From the NCBI GenBank assembly GCA_003533405.1, contig DQDL01000118.1:12251-51379 (forward strand): a stretch of DNA of 39,129 nt, given 5' to 3'. The stretch comes from Clostridiales bacterium. GTDB taxonomy: Bacteria > Bacillota > Clostridia > Oscillospirales > Oscillospiraceae. A program made the translations under genes and the position numbers. Shown here in pieces: positions 8,222-18,263 of this stretch (its first letter is position 1; each line of letters starts with the position of its first letter). The notes beneath the pieces were generated by a model that worked only from the letters and a program-made list of their open reading frames with translations, ran no database searches and was not told the origin of the DNA.

Positions 8222-9901
8222 ATGAAGCGTATGATTATAGACGGCATTAGCTGCGAATTTGAAAATGCTCGCAATGTCCTTGAAGTTGCTCAGCAAAATC
8301 ACATTGATATCCCCAACCTCTGCTACTGCGAAAGCCTGTCGATATACGGCGGCTGCCGTCTGTGCGTGATCGAAAACGAGCGTGGCGGCATCGAGGCTGC
8401 ATGCACCGTAATTCCCAAGGACGGCATGGTCGTGCGCACGAACACCGCAAAGCTGCGCAAGCACCGCCAGATGATAATTGAGCTTTTGCTTGCAAGCCAC
8501 CGCTCGGAGTGTACCACCTGCGACAAGTCCGGCAAGTGCAAGCTTCAGGAGTACGCCAAGCGCTACAATGTCACCAATGTCCGCTTTGCAAACAACTACT
8601 GCAAGGAGCCTATTGACGACTCGTCCCCGTCCATAGTCCGTGACCCCTCGAAGTGCATCCTCTGCGGCAAGTGCGTGAGAATGTGCGCCGAGGTTCAGAA
8701 CATCCACGCCGTTGACTTCTGCAACCGTGGTATGGAGGCCTTTGTCTCCTGCGGCTTTGACCGCAAGCTTATCGACACCGACTGTGTCGGCTGCGGTCAG
8801 TGTGCGGCAGTCTGCCCCACCGGCGCAATCACCGTCAAAAATGAAGTGTCCGCCATGTGGAAGGCCATCTACGACCCCAGCAAGAAGGTCGCAGTTCAGG
8901 TTGCTCCGGCAGTCCGTGTCGGCGTCGGCGAGGAGTTCGGCATCCCCGCAAATGTCCCCGTGATAGGCAAGATAGTCACTGCGCTTAAAATGATGGGCGT
9001 CGACTATGTGTTCGACACCTCACTCACTGCCGACCTTACCATCATGGAGGAAACGGCGGAGTTTCTTGATAAGCTCAAGACCGGTGCAAAGCTTCCCATG
9101 TTCACCTCCTGCTGCCCGGGCTGGATAAAGCATGTTGAGAACAAGCATCCGCACCTCATGCCTCAGGTCTCCACCTGCGGCTCGCCGATGGAGATGTTCG
9201 GCGCTCTTATCCGTCAGCAGTACGGCGACGAGGAGGTCGTCTCCGTCGCAGTCATGCCCTGTACGGCAAAGAAGGCCGAGGCGGCTCGCCCCGAGTTGGT
9301 CAAGGACGGCGAGCGACTCATCGACCTTGTGCTCACAACTCAGGAGCTCGTGCGCATGATAAATGAAAGCGGCATCGACTTCGCAAACATCCCCGACAGT
9401 CAGCCCGACGCTCCCTTTGCCCCGTACACGGGCGCAGGCGTCATCTTCGGCGTAACCGGCGGCGTTACGGAAGCCGTCATCCGACATGTGCTCGGCGATA
9501 TCTCAACCGAGGCGCTGGCGTCGGTCGCAGAATGCGGCGTTCGTGGTCTTGACGGCATCAAGGCATTCGAGGTCACGGCCGGTGACACCACGCTCAGGAT
9601 CGCCGTTGCAAACGGGCTGGGCAATGCCGACAAGCTCATCGAAAAGATAGAGTCCGGCGAAGAGTTCTTCCACTTTGTCGAGGTCATGGCCTGCCCCGAC
9701 GGCTGCATCGGCGGCGGCGGTCAGCCCCCTGCATGTCAGGCACGCAAGGCAGAACGCTGCGACGGTATCTTTATAGCCGACGAAGCCTGCGAGCTCCGCT
9801 CGTCCGAGCAGAATCCCGCTTTGGATGCGGTGTACGACCTGCTTCGCGGCAGAGCACATGAGCTTCTGCATGTCCACTACCCCGATCATGGCAGAGAGTA
9901 A
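8222..9901 (+). CDS. hydA: [FeFe] hydrogenase catalytic subunit HydA (NADH-dependent / bifurcating type)
   Basis: 559 aa. N-terminal 2Fe-2S and 4Fe-4S ferredoxin domains. H-cluster motifs TSCCPGW, MPCTAKKAE and EVMACPDGCIGGGGQP. Confidence 0.92.
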   Translation: MKRMIIDGISCEFENARNVLEVAQQNHIDIPNLCYCESLSIYGGCRLCVIENERGGIEAACTVIPKDGMVVRTNTAKLRKHRQMIIELLLASHRSECTTCDKSGKCKLQEYAKRYNVTNVRFANNYCKEPIDDSSPSIVRDPSKCILCGKCVRMCAEVQNIHAVDFCNRGMEAFVSCGFDRKLIDTDCVGCGQCAAVCPTGAITVKNEVSAMWKAIYDPSKKVAVQVAPAVRVGVGEEFGIPANVPVIGKIVTALKMMGVDYVFDTSLTADLTIMEETAEFLDKLKTGAKLPMFTSCCPGWIKHVENKHPHLMPQVSTCGSPMEMFGALIRQQYGDEEVVSVAVMPCTAKKAEAARPELVKDGERLIDLVLTTQELVRMINESGIDFANIPDSQPDAPFAPYTGAGVIFGVTGGVTEAVIRHVLGDISTEALASVAECGVRGLDGIKAFEVTAGDTTLRIAVANGLGNADKLIEKIESGEEFFHFVEVMACPDGCIGGGGQPPACQARKAERCDGIFIADEACELRSSEQNPALDAVYDLLRGRAHELLHVHYPDHGRE

Positions 9902-9916
9902 TTAATTCAATACATA

Positions 9917-9956
9917 CTCCCCTTCTCGGTTTTTGACCGAAAAGGGGAGCTTTTTT
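9917..9956 (+). terminator. Rho-independent terminator of hydCBA
   Basis: ctccccttctcggt-ttttg-accgaaaaggggag followed by T6. Confidence 0.8.
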
Positions 9957-10087
9957 AACATATTTTTCTTCAATTGTTTCGGTTTTATTAAGTTTTTCGC
10001 CTTTTGCTGGAATTTTATAATAAACTGTGCTATACTACGCAAGATATAGAAGTTTGGCTGGTTTTTCAGCAGATTGGAGAACTTTTT

Positions 10088-12757
10088 ATGCGTAAAATAG
10101 CTGCCATTTTACTGGCACTTTTACTTGTGCTCGGACTTTGCGCCTGCGGCAAAAAGGCTGAGACCGTCAAGGAGCGTGACTGCGGCGTATATGTCACCGT
10201 TGAGGCCGATGATGTCTACACCGTGTCATACGGAACGGATGCGGGCTCGGAGTCGACAAAGCACGCCGACAACACCCCGCTTGACGCAGGCGAGGTCGTG
10301 CACTTTGACTTTGCAGGCGATGCTGCCAAGGGCAGCGAAAAGGCGATCATCGATTACAGCATCTGCATTTACGACAAGGATCTTAATGTTCTCGCCGTTG
10401 AATCGTTCAGCAGCGATTTTTCAAATATGGCTCGCATCGACATCACCGTCACCGCAGACCACCGCATTATAAACGCAAGCGATAAGCTCGTCTGCGGGGG
10501 CGACACGATAATAGAGATGACCACCTCGAAGCCCGAGACCGGCGTTTCGCTCGTTGTCCCCACCGTAACGATGCCCAACCGCCCTGAGGCCGCAAAGGCA
10601 ATTAACGACAGCATTGCCGCCGTCAACAAGACCTTCACCGGCGAGCAGCTCACGAGCAGCCGCAAGGCGTATGACGACCTTGCCAAGGAGGCAGAGGACG
10701 GCGAGAAGCTCGATGCCTTCAGCCAGAACCGCTATGTGCGTGTCACCCGTGGTGACAGTGCTGTGGTTTCATTTAGAATGTACGACAAGGCAAACCTCGG
10801 CTCTGGCTCGGCAAGCGCCATTACCGGCCACAACTACGATGCCTACAGCGGAGCCGAGCTCAAGCTTGCGGATATAACGAGCAACACCGAGGAGTTTGTA
10901 AACACCTGCTCGGAAGAGATATTCAGCGCACTTACCGATGAGAGCAAATATGCCGACATGCTCTTTGTCGAGGGCTACACCGATAAGGTCAAGGATCTTG
11001 TCTCGGACGGTCACTGGTACATGAACAATGACGGCGTTGTCATCGCCATTAACCCCGGTGAGATAGCCGACTCCTCGGAGGGCGCATTTGAGTTTACCGT
11101 CAAATATGATGTCCTTGCAGGCAAGATAAAGGACGAGTTTGTCCCGGCTGAGCTTGACGGCACGACCGGCGATATCACCGCCGCACTTGCAAAGAATGCA
11201 GACACCTCCTCGCTCACCGTAGTCGGCAGCGGAGCGAGCAAGGACATTAAGTCCGTCCTCGTGTCCGTCTCGGGCAAGATATATAACATCTGCGTCTACA
11301 GCGCAAACTACTACAAGTCCAGCGGCAAGTATTCGCTTGAGACACAGCTTTGGTATTGCAGCGACCTTGCCGAGGGCGCAGCGTTTGCGATAAACAAGGA
11401 GCTCAAGACCAGCCCCAGCATTTTCATCGGCTTCACCCGCCCCGACGGCACGTATGAGCGCCGCCTGCTCTCTGCCGACAGCAGCGGCAAGGTCACCATC
11501 CTTGACCCCGACGGCGGCGAGACAGGAACGCTTATAAGCGGCAAGCTCCCCTACTCTGCCGACATTAACGGCGACGAGACGCAGGAGAAGATAAGCACCG
11601 CGACCAATGCGGAAGGTCTGCTCACCCTCAAGGTCGAGAGCGGCAGCAGCACCCATGAAAAGGCGACGAAGCTCAAAACCGTCTCAAGCATCCGCCTTTA
11701 CGACATTGATGCCGACGGCAAAAGCGAGATCTTCGTCGACGGCAAGACCTCAGACGGCAGCACCGTGACCTATGCATTTAAATTTGACGGCGAGCTTACC
11801 GCCTGCTCCTTCGGTGACAGTGACCACGCTTACGGCGCAGTCAAGGAGTTTACGCACAGTAAGCTCTACCTTAAGCGCTCAGTAAATGTCCTTGGCAGCT
11901 ACACCGCCGAGGTGAGCTACACCTACACAGACGGAAAGTACACAAGAGACTCCTCCGTCCTCAAGCTCAGCGGCACGAGCTATGTCACAACGAAAAAAGA
12001 CATTACCTTGTCCGACGGCAAGACACTCCCCTCCGGCTATAAGCTCAAGTTCACCGAAACAGACGGCAGCTCCTACATGAGCTTCACCACCGACGGCGGC
12101 ATCACCGGCAAGATTAAGATCAAAAAGGGCGAGAGCTCGGAGTACAAGGGCAAAAAGTGCGGCACCTTCGGCAAGCTTGCGGCGCTGTCGTTTAACGGCA
12201 ATAAGATAATCACGACCTCCGGCGGCGGCATGCTGCTGTGCACCGACGAGGCCGATGCCAAGCACGCCTTGAAGCTTGCGACGCAGGCTCGTGAGCCGTT
12301 CCCGTGGTACGAGCACGAGGAGATCGGCTACAACTATCGCATGAGCAACATCACCGCAGGCATCGGCCGTGGCCAGATGCGTGTGCTTGACGAGCGTGTG
12401 CGCCGCAAGTGCGAGATCTTTGCGGCGTATGAGAACGCCTTTGCCGGACTGCCGCTTGAGATGTCGCCCGCACTGCCGGACACGAGGCCGAGCCGCTGGC
12501 TGTCGGTCGCACTGCTCGATGCAGCCTCGCCCGAGACGGTTATAGCCGCCCTGCAGAGCGAGAATATCGAGGCACGCCGGGTATGGAAGCCGATGCACCT
12601 GCAGCCGGTTTTCAAGGCAAATAAATTTGTGAAAACGTCGGCCGAGCCCGTGTCGGACGACCTGTTTGCCCGTGGCGTCTGCCTGCCGAGCGACACGAAG
12701 ATGACCGATGCGGAGCTTGAGAGTGTCATCGAGGTCGTAAAGACGGCGATAAGTTAA
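10088..12757 (+). CDS. Chimeric ORF: a ~685-aa lipoprotein fused in frame to the C-terminal half of a DegT/DnrJ/EryC1-type aminotransferase
   Basis: GGAGA RBS, then ATG at 10088 (the track ORF begins at 10004). Signal peptide with lipobox LGLCAC. The middle region has DUF3298/RsiV-like text (PEAAKAINDSIAAVNK) and an FG-GAP-like DIDADGKSEIF. From about 12145 the sequence becomes aminotransferase-like. Confidence 0.6.
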   Translation: MRKIAAILLALLLVLGLCACGKKAETVKERDCGVYVTVEADDVYTVSYGTDAGSESTKHADNTPLDAGEVVHFDFAGDAAKGSEKAIIDYSICIYDKDLNVLAVESFSSDFSNMARIDITVTADHRIINASDKLVCGGDTIIEMTTSKPETGVSLVVPTVTMPNRPEAAKAINDSIAAVNKTFTGEQLTSSRKAYDDLAKEAEDGEKLDAFSQNRYVRVTRGDSAVVSFRMYDKANLGSGSASAITGHNYDAYSGAELKLADITSNTEEFVNTCSEEIFSALTDESKYADMLFVEGYTDKVKDLVSDGHWYMNNDGVVIAINPGEIADSSEGAFEFTVKYDVLAGKIKDEFVPAELDGTTGDITAALAKNADTSSLTVVGSGASKDIKSVLVSVSGKIYNICVYSANYYKSSGKYSLETQLWYCSDLAEGAAFAINKELKTSPSIFIGFTRPDGTYERRLLSADSSGKVTILDPDGGETGTLISGKLPYSADINGDETQEKISTATNAEGLLTLKVESGSSTHEKATKLKTVSSIRLYDIDADGKSEIFVDGKTSDGSTVTYAFKFDGELTACSFGDSDHAYGAVKEFTHSKLYLKRSVNVLGSYTAEVSYTYTDGKYTRDSSVLKLSGTSYVTTKKDITLSDGKTLPSGYKLKFTETDGSSYMSFTTDGGITGKIKIKKGESSEYKGKKCGTFGKLAALSFNGNKIITTSGGGMLLCTDEADAKHALKLATQAREPFPWYEHEEIGYNYRMSNITAGIGRGQMRVLDERVRRKCEIFAAYENAFAGLPLEMSPALPDTRPSRWLSVALLDAASPETVIAALQSENIEARRVWKPMHLQPVFKANKFVKTSAEPVSDDLFARGVCLPSDTKMTDAELESVIEVVKTAIS
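12145..12757 (+). pseudogene. DegT/DnrJ/EryC1/StrS-family PLP aminotransferase fragment (C-terminal ~200 aa only)
   Basis: GKKCGTFGKLAALSFNGNKIITTSGGGMLLCTDE matches the family block G-x-x-G-x-x-G-x5-SF-x3-K-x3-(GEGG) containing the PLP lysine. It is followed by YNYRMSNITAGIGRGQM and a C-terminal domain. The ~170-aa N-terminal PLP-binding part is absent. Confidence 0.65.
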
Positions 12758-12764
12758 TATTCCG

Positions 12765-12810
12765 AGCACCGCAGACTGAACTTGCCTGCGGTGCTTTTGC
12801 ACAAAAGCAC
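12765..12810 (+). terminator. Terminator after the chimeric ORF, with an overlapping second palindrome
   Basis: agcaccgcag...ctgcggtgct plus TTTT (12765-12798). It overlaps the perfect palindrome gtgcttttg-c-acaaaagcac (12791-12810). Confidence 0.6.
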
Positions 12811-12854
12811 CGGCAAATTCGGCGTAATTTCGGCTAAAAAAACGTTTCATTTTA

Positions 12855-12883
12855 TTGACAAGCCGAAGGAAAATTTGTATAAT
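12855..12883 (+). promoter_or_regulatory. Consensus sigma-A promoter for the giant surface protein operon
   Basis: TTGACA (12855-12860), exact 17-nt spacer, TATAAT (12878-12883). About 105-nt leader with small hairpins (taggg..cccta; ggccggaaacggcc) before the GGAGG RBS. Confidence 0.65.
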
Positions 12884-12995
12884 GTAAATCTGATAATAGG
12901 GTGAGTGTTCCCTATGGCGGACTCGACCCAAATATCGGAAAAATTGGTTCTGTGAAATTTGGCCGGAAACGGCCTTGATCCGGAGGTATCGGAAT

Positions 12996-15900
12996 ATGAG
13001 TAAAACAAGAAGAGGCTTGAGCTTCCTGCTTTGCCTTGTGATGGCGTTCTCGCTGTTTGCGGGCGTACCGTTCAAGGTGCTTGACACGGAAGCAAATGCT
13101 ACGGACACGAACACCAACCCGGGGAACAGCTCCAAGTGGGTGACCGCATGGCACACGAGTATGCTGTATCTTGATGCAGCTTCCGATGTCAACAAGGCGG
13201 TGTCGGTTTTATCCGAACTCAACGAGCGTACTTTCCGTACCGTCATTCCCATGACGATTTCGGGTAATACCGTTCGACTGACATACTCCAACGAGTATGC
13301 CCCCAACGGCGAAACGCTCAAGATCGGTGAGATCACTCTTGCAAAGGGCGATCCTAACGACGCGGCTCGCTGGCTCTCAAGCACGAGCGTTAAGCTTAAA
13401 GACATGAACGCGCTCTTTAAGACTGCAATTGCAAATGGGCAAGCCGATGTTGCCAATTCTTATTATCAGGACAGCGGCATCCTTCGCATAAAGCCGGGTG
13501 AGATCGTTGTTTCCGAGCCTATCGACATTTCTGCATTGGGCTTGAATGCAATGGACTACCTGTCCGTCAGCACATGGGTGTGCGACATGAACTCCAATTA
13601 CACCGGCTTTAAGAACGGCTTCACCGGCGGTCTTATCGGCGGCGAGACCAACTACCTTGGCTTGGCGCTTGGTGGCAGCGGATATAACCATACGGAAGCA
13701 ACTGACCTTGACGGCGTTGGTCTTATACCCTCTGTTCCACTCTCAAACTCAAATGCTACCGGCGACTATAATGTCGTTCCGTTCCTCAACACCGTTGAAG
13801 TTTTGCGCGAAAGCATAACGGGCGTTAAGGACACAAGCAATGCCTATACCACCGTTATCTTCGGCGACTCCACCGTTGCTAACGATATTCCCGTTTACCT
13901 TGCACAGAATCTCAAGTCCGGCGACATTGACGGTGTTGCCGTGACATGGGCGGCTGTCAAGGGCAACGAGGTGCTTCTCAACGGTCAGGACGGCAGCGGA
14001 GACAGCAACGGCAATATAATGGACGAAGCGGCTATCTCCGTCGTTGACGAGGTGAAGAAGCTCAGCGGCGTTAAGAAGGTCATCCTCAAGGTAGGCATTA
14101 ACGACATTCTGCACCCCCAGTGCAGCGATATGGCGGCAAACTTTGCAAGCCGTACTCCTGACCAAATCGCACAGCAGATTATTGCCGGCTATAAGTACAT
14201 AGTCGAGCAGCTGCACAACGAGGGAATAGAGGTTTACTTCTATGAGCTTACCCCGTGGCGCGCCGACGACGGCACCTATTACAGCCGCAACAGTACGATC
14301 TCTGCTTGGACTGGGAGGGTCGACAACATCCGCTTGAAGGTCAACGCATGGCTTGCAAAGTACGGCGCTGACTATGATACCTTCGTGACCGACCGCAAGA
14401 CCGGCTCGGGCGATGGATACAAAGGCAACATCACTCTCGGCAACCAGTACGGCACAAACGGCTATACCAAGGCCTATAAGACCAAGGAAGTCACCGTATC
14501 GCAGGATAAGTTTGACCGCTTTGGCTACATAAGCCTCGAAAGCCTCGGGACTACCTCCGCAGCCTATGCACCGTCGACCCTCAACCCCTTCGGCGAAGAC
14601 TTTACCGGCATGACCGCCATGAAGAAGGCATATACCACCGACGGTATCCACTTCACCGCCGCAGGTCAGTCCAAGCTTGCGAAGATCACTCCCACCTCAA
14701 TATTCTATCAGCGTCAGGACACTTATAACGGCGCAGGTGAAACAGTTACCGTTGAGGGTATCTACTTTGCAACAAAGGCGCTTACTGTCGACCACAATTA
14801 TTTTATCTGCAACACCGATGCGGCAAGTATCAAAGACGGTGCCGACGGAAGCAACCAGTCTCTTAAGGGGCATATTGTTGGAAACCCGGGCAAAGCATCA
14901 AGTGCTAGCGACAGAGAGTCTGATGTAGTTTCCGACCTGGAGAGCAATTCCGTAATTGTGCAGCGTGGTACCTCCGGCGCACCGTATATAGTCAAGAAAA
15001 GTGTTGCCGATAAAAACGAATGGACACTTTTGTACATTCAAGACATGAATAGCTATTATTGGAAGAACGGAAACGACTATCTCGTCTGGTACTATCCCGG
15101 ACCGAGCCTAACTTGGGGTAATTACTTTAAAACAGGCGTTATAGATCAGCAACCATGGCACGCCGGCGTTTCCAAACATTGGTATACATTTGATGAAATC
15201 ACCCCTGCTAGTAATGCTTCCGACAATTATTCGGTTAAACTTTGGTATAATGGGACAGTTACTGATAAGTATTTGGTTTTCGATAACAGCAAATTCAACG
15301 GTAAATTCATTTCCTCAAAGAAAAGCGGCAATATCGCTCTCTACGACAATACTTCCAAGGGCGTCAATATAAAGCTGGATATCAATAAGGATTCAGCAAA
15401 TCTGCTTAATGTAACGACTGATGAAACCGTGGTCAATGCAGCAGGCGGAAAGACGACCCAGCTCCAGTTCCGCCTTGATTCGCAGATGCTCGATTCTAAC
15501 AGTGTACCTACAGGAACAGACTTCCACGACGCTCCTAAGGATAACAACGCAAGAGGTCCTTATTCTCAGTACACCTTCGGCGATAATCAGAAGATCTTTT
15601 GGATGAGCACCGACCCCAATGTCGCAACTGTCAGCCAGTCCGCAGCCAGTGACCTCAAGGCAACCTATACCAATGGCGGCGGTGAAGTAACCTTTACCGG
15701 AAACGGCGGCACTACCGCACTTGTTGCAAACTTCTTCTGGAAAGAGCATGACGGCACGGATTATGTCTTTGACAACAATGTCAAGGATGGACAGGCGCAG
15801 TATTACAGCACTGCCGAGAAGGACGCGGCAATTGCCAACGGTTCAAGAGTCCCCAGCGAGACCACAGAGGGATACCATTGGGTTGAAATCAACAACGGAC

Positions 15901-18263
15901 TCTGGGTCTGGACAAACTACAACTGGCTGACTTCCACCACCAAGGTTACCAACATCAATAGATATGCGTGCGACATTCTCCTCGGCGGACTTACCAACAA
16001 CACCGAAGAAGCAGATAACTTCCTCTTTAACGAAACTCCCACCGGCAAGGATTGCACACTTACCGCAGTAAATGCATCCGACCCCATTGATGCAAAGCTT
16101 CCCGGCACTGCTTGGAAGTGGGAAAGCAGTAATACCAATGTTGCGAAGATTGCATCGTCCGCTGATGAGTTTGCAACTCTTGAGTATAAAGGTACAGGAA
16201 CAACGACCATTACCCTTACAAGAGTAGACGAAAACGGCAATGCCGTTACCAGCGATGTTGACGGAAAGCCCATCACAAGCACCATAACCATTCATGTTAA
16301 CGAAATTCCCACCGTTGATATCAGCTTCAACGGAACAACCGAGGACAACTACTGGCTCAAGGGCGTAACCGCAGGCGATAGCTTCGCGATGAACGGCTTT
16401 GTCAGCAATCAGTCCAATGCAACAATTAATTCGTGGACTTGGGAAGCTTACGGCGAGGACGGAAAGCTCACCAATAAAGTTACCGTTACCCCCGATAATG
16501 TACAGAGCACCACACTGACGCTCAACGATGTCGGCATCAGCTATGTAGTTCTTAAAGTTCACTATACACTGCCTAATGGCGGCGGCGAAGGCGATGTAAC
16601 GACCGCTATTTCCATCAACGCAGAGTACAGCATCGCAACCACCACTAACACAATCATTGACTGCGGACTTCCCGTTAAGCTCGATCTCAACGCAAGCGGC
16701 ATCAGCCGTAAAGCTCCGAGCGTTGAGCTTGTCAAGGGCAGAACCGAGAGCAACGAGTTCGGCACAGCCGATGTTCGCCTCGGCTTCGGTGTTGCAAGTC
16801 TTGATAACGGCACTGTGACCTACACACCGACCGCCATCGCAACCGCAAAAGATACCCTCTACTACTCCGCTGCAGTCGATAACGGCTACAAGTACTCCAA
16901 TGTCAACATCATCCCCGCAAGCTCCATCTACTATGAGGACAGCTTCGTGACCTATAACGGCACCGGCTGGAAGGTCGCAGGCGAATCGAAAACCGGCGTA
17001 TATCAGGACATCAAGGACGATGTATACGGCTACGATGCAGCCTACGGCAGCTACATGACCTACTCCAACGGCAGCGCTCACTATGTGACCGTCAATAACA
17101 AGTACGGCGCAAACCTCCCGACCTATACCGGCGAATACCCCACCGCAACCTTCACCTTCACCGGCACCGGCTTCGCCGTCTACTCCACCTCGGATAAAAC
17201 GGCTGGCTTTGTAAAGGTCAAGTATACCAACAAGGACACCAATGTGACAAAGAAGGTCGTTCTTAACTCGTATGCAGAGGGTGACTATAACCAAACCCCG
17301 ACCATTCAGGCGCTTGGTTTGGACTATGGCACCTACGAAGTGACTATCACGGTCGCATATGATAAGAGCTTTGATGTCGGCAACAAGGGTAGTTACACAT
17401 TCTATCTCGATGCAGTCCGCATCTACGAGCCGCTCAAGGGCAATGACGATGCCAATAAAGCATATGGCGAGGTGGGCGAAGCGAACGCAGAGTACAAGAC
17501 CGTCCGCAGCCTGTTGATAGCCAAAGATGTGTTTGATGCCCTCGATGATGAAACTCCCGGTGCAGTATACATTGAAAGCAAATTGCGCAATGTTTATGAC
17601 GAAGATGGCAATATAACCGAGACGAAGGATGTACTTGGCACGAGTGTTTCGGACTACAAGAACTATGGCCCGAAGAACGAGGTTTACCTCGGCAAGGGCA
17701 ACGGCGTTGCATTCAAGATCGATAACGCAGCACAGCTCACAGATATCCAGCTTGGCATCAAGTGCGCAGGCGCTGCGACTGGCAAGGTTATGATAAACGG
17801 TAATTATATCGATATCACTTCTGCAACCGATATGTACTACAGCATCAAAAAGTACATGACGAATGACACGGTGATCATTGCAAATCCCGACGATGCCATT
17901 ATTTCACTGACCGTTCTTAAGACCACCAAGAACGATGCTCAGGTTCAGGCTGATGTCACCGTTACCTCCGAGCTCGGCAAACTTGCGGCAGAGCAGATCT
18001 TTGCAGCCGTCAAGACCCCCGATCCCGAGCCCGTTGAGCCGACTGTTGAGCCGACTGTTGAGCCGACCGAGGAGCCTCAGCCCAGCAAAGACCCGACACC
18101 GAGCGAAGATCCCGAGCCGACCGTTGAACCCACCGAGGAGCCTCAGCCCAGCGAAGATCCTCAGCCCGATGACGACGATCAAGATCAGGATAATGCACTT
18201 ATGAACATCTTGAAAAAGATCGGCGACTTCTTCAAAAAACTGTTTGGAGGTTGGAAAAAATGA
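12996..18263 (+). CDS. Giant secreted multidomain protein: SGNH/GDSL hydrolase (esterase) domain, several Ig-like (Big_2-type) and beta-sandwich domains, Pro/Glu-rich linker, cationic amphipathic tail
   Basis: ATG at 12996, 9 nt after GGAGG (the track starts at TTG 12975). Signal peptide ...FAGVPFKVLDTEANA. SGNH blocks VIFGDSTVAND, KVGINDILHP and DGIHFTAAG. Big_2-like WMSTDPNVATVSQ and WESSNTNVAKIAS. C-terminus PEPVEPTVEPTVEPTEEPQPS...DDDDQDQD then NALMNILKKIGDFFKKLFGGWKK. Confidence 0.8.
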   Translation: MSKTRRGLSFLLCLVMAFSLFAGVPFKVLDTEANATDTNTNPGNSSKWVTAWHTSMLYLDAASDVNKAVSVLSELNERTFRTVIPMTISGNTVRLTYSNEYAPNGETLKIGEITLAKGDPNDAARWLSSTSVKLKDMNALFKTAIANGQADVANSYYQDSGILRIKPGEIVVSEPIDISALGLNAMDYLSVSTWVCDMNSNYTGFKNGFTGGLIGGETNYLGLALGGSGYNHTEATDLDGVGLIPSVPLSNSNATGDYNVVPFLNTVEVLRESITGVKDTSNAYTTVIFGDSTVANDIPVYLAQNLKSGDIDGVAVTWAAVKGNEVLLNGQDGSGDSNGNIMDEAAISVVDEVKKLSGVKKVILKVGINDILHPQCSDMAANFASRTPDQIAQQIIAGYKYIVEQLHNEGIEVYFYELTPWRADDGTYYSRNSTISAWTGRVDNIRLKVNAWLAKYGADYDTFVTDRKTGSGDGYKGNITLGNQYGTNGYTKAYKTKEVTVSQDKFDRFGYISLESLGTTSAAYAPSTLNPFGEDFTGMTAMKKAYTTDGIHFTAAGQSKLAKITPTSIFYQRQDTYNGAGETVTVEGIYFATKALTVDHNYFICNTDAASIKDGADGSNQSLKGHIVGNPGKASSASDRESDVVSDLESNSVIVQRGTSGAPYIVKKSVADKNEWTLLYIQDMNSYYWKNGNDYLVWYYPGPSLTWGNYFKTGVIDQQPWHAGVSKHWYTFDEITPASNASDNYSVKLWYNGTVTDKYLVFDNSKFNGKFISSKKSGNIALYDNTSKGVNIKLDINKDSANLLNVTTDETVVNAAGGKTTQLQFRLDSQMLDSNSVPTGTDFHDAPKDNNARGPYSQYTFGDNQKIFWMSTDPNVATVSQSAASDLKATYTNGGGEVTFTGNGGTTALVANFFWKEHDGTDYVFDNNVKDGQAQYYSTAEKDAAIANGSRVPSETTEGYHWVEINNGLWVWTNYNWLTSTTKVTNINRYACDILLGGLTNNTEEADNFLFNETPTGKDCTLTAVNASDPIDAKLPGTAWKWESSNTNVAKIASSADEFATLEYKGTGTTTITLTRVDENGNAVTSDVDGKPITSTITIHVNEIPTVDISFNGTTEDNYWLKGVTAGDSFAMNGFVSNQSNATINSWTWEAYGEDGKLTNKVTVTPDNVQSTTLTLNDVGISYVVLKVHYTLPNGGGEGDVTTAISINAEYSIATTTNTIIDCGLPVKLDLNASGISRKAPSVELVKGRTESNEFGTADVRLGFGVASLDNGTVTYTPTAIATAKDTLYYSAAVDNGYKYSNVNIIPASSIYYEDSFVTYNGTGWKVAGESKTGVYQDIKDDVYGYDAAYGSYMTYSNGSAHYVTVNNKYGANLPTYTGEYPTATFTFTGTGFAVYSTSDKTAGFVKVKYTNKDTNVTKKVVLNSYAEGDYNQTPTIQALGLDYGTYEVTITVAYDKSFDVGNKGSYTFYLDAVRIYEPLKGNDDANKAYGEVGEANAEYKTVRSLLIAKDVFDALDDETPGAVYIESKLRNVYDEDGNITETKDVLGTSVSDYKNYGPKNEVYLGKGNGVAFKIDNAAQLTDIQLGIKCAGAATGKVMINGNYIDITSATDMYYSIKKYMTNDTVIIANPDDAIISLTVLKTTKNDAQVQADVTVTSELGKLAAEQIFAAVKTPDPEPVEPTVEPTVEPTEEPQPSKDPTPSEDPEPTVEPTEEPQPSEDPQPDDDDQDQDNALMNILKKIGDFFKKLFGGWKK
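18021..18170 (+). repeat. In-frame tandem/degenerate repeats encoding the P/E/T-rich linker
   Basis: gagccgactgtt occurs twice in tandem. A ~33-nt unit ccgaccgaggagcctcagcccagc(a/g)aaga(c/t) is repeated about 63 nt later. Confidence 0.8.

Noticed and set aside
12890-12995. Possible riboswitch in the ~105-nt leader of the giant protein gene.
   Set aside because: Only two short generic hairpins are visible. I could not match any riboswitch consensus I know (c-di-GMP, SAM, TPP, purine and others) by eye. An Infernal scan is needed before any claim.
18021-18170. Short tandem repeats that could be mistaken for a CRISPR-like or VNTR array.
   Set aside because: The repeats are in frame within the giant CDS and encode a P/E/T linker. 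They have no spacer-repeat architecture and no cas genes.
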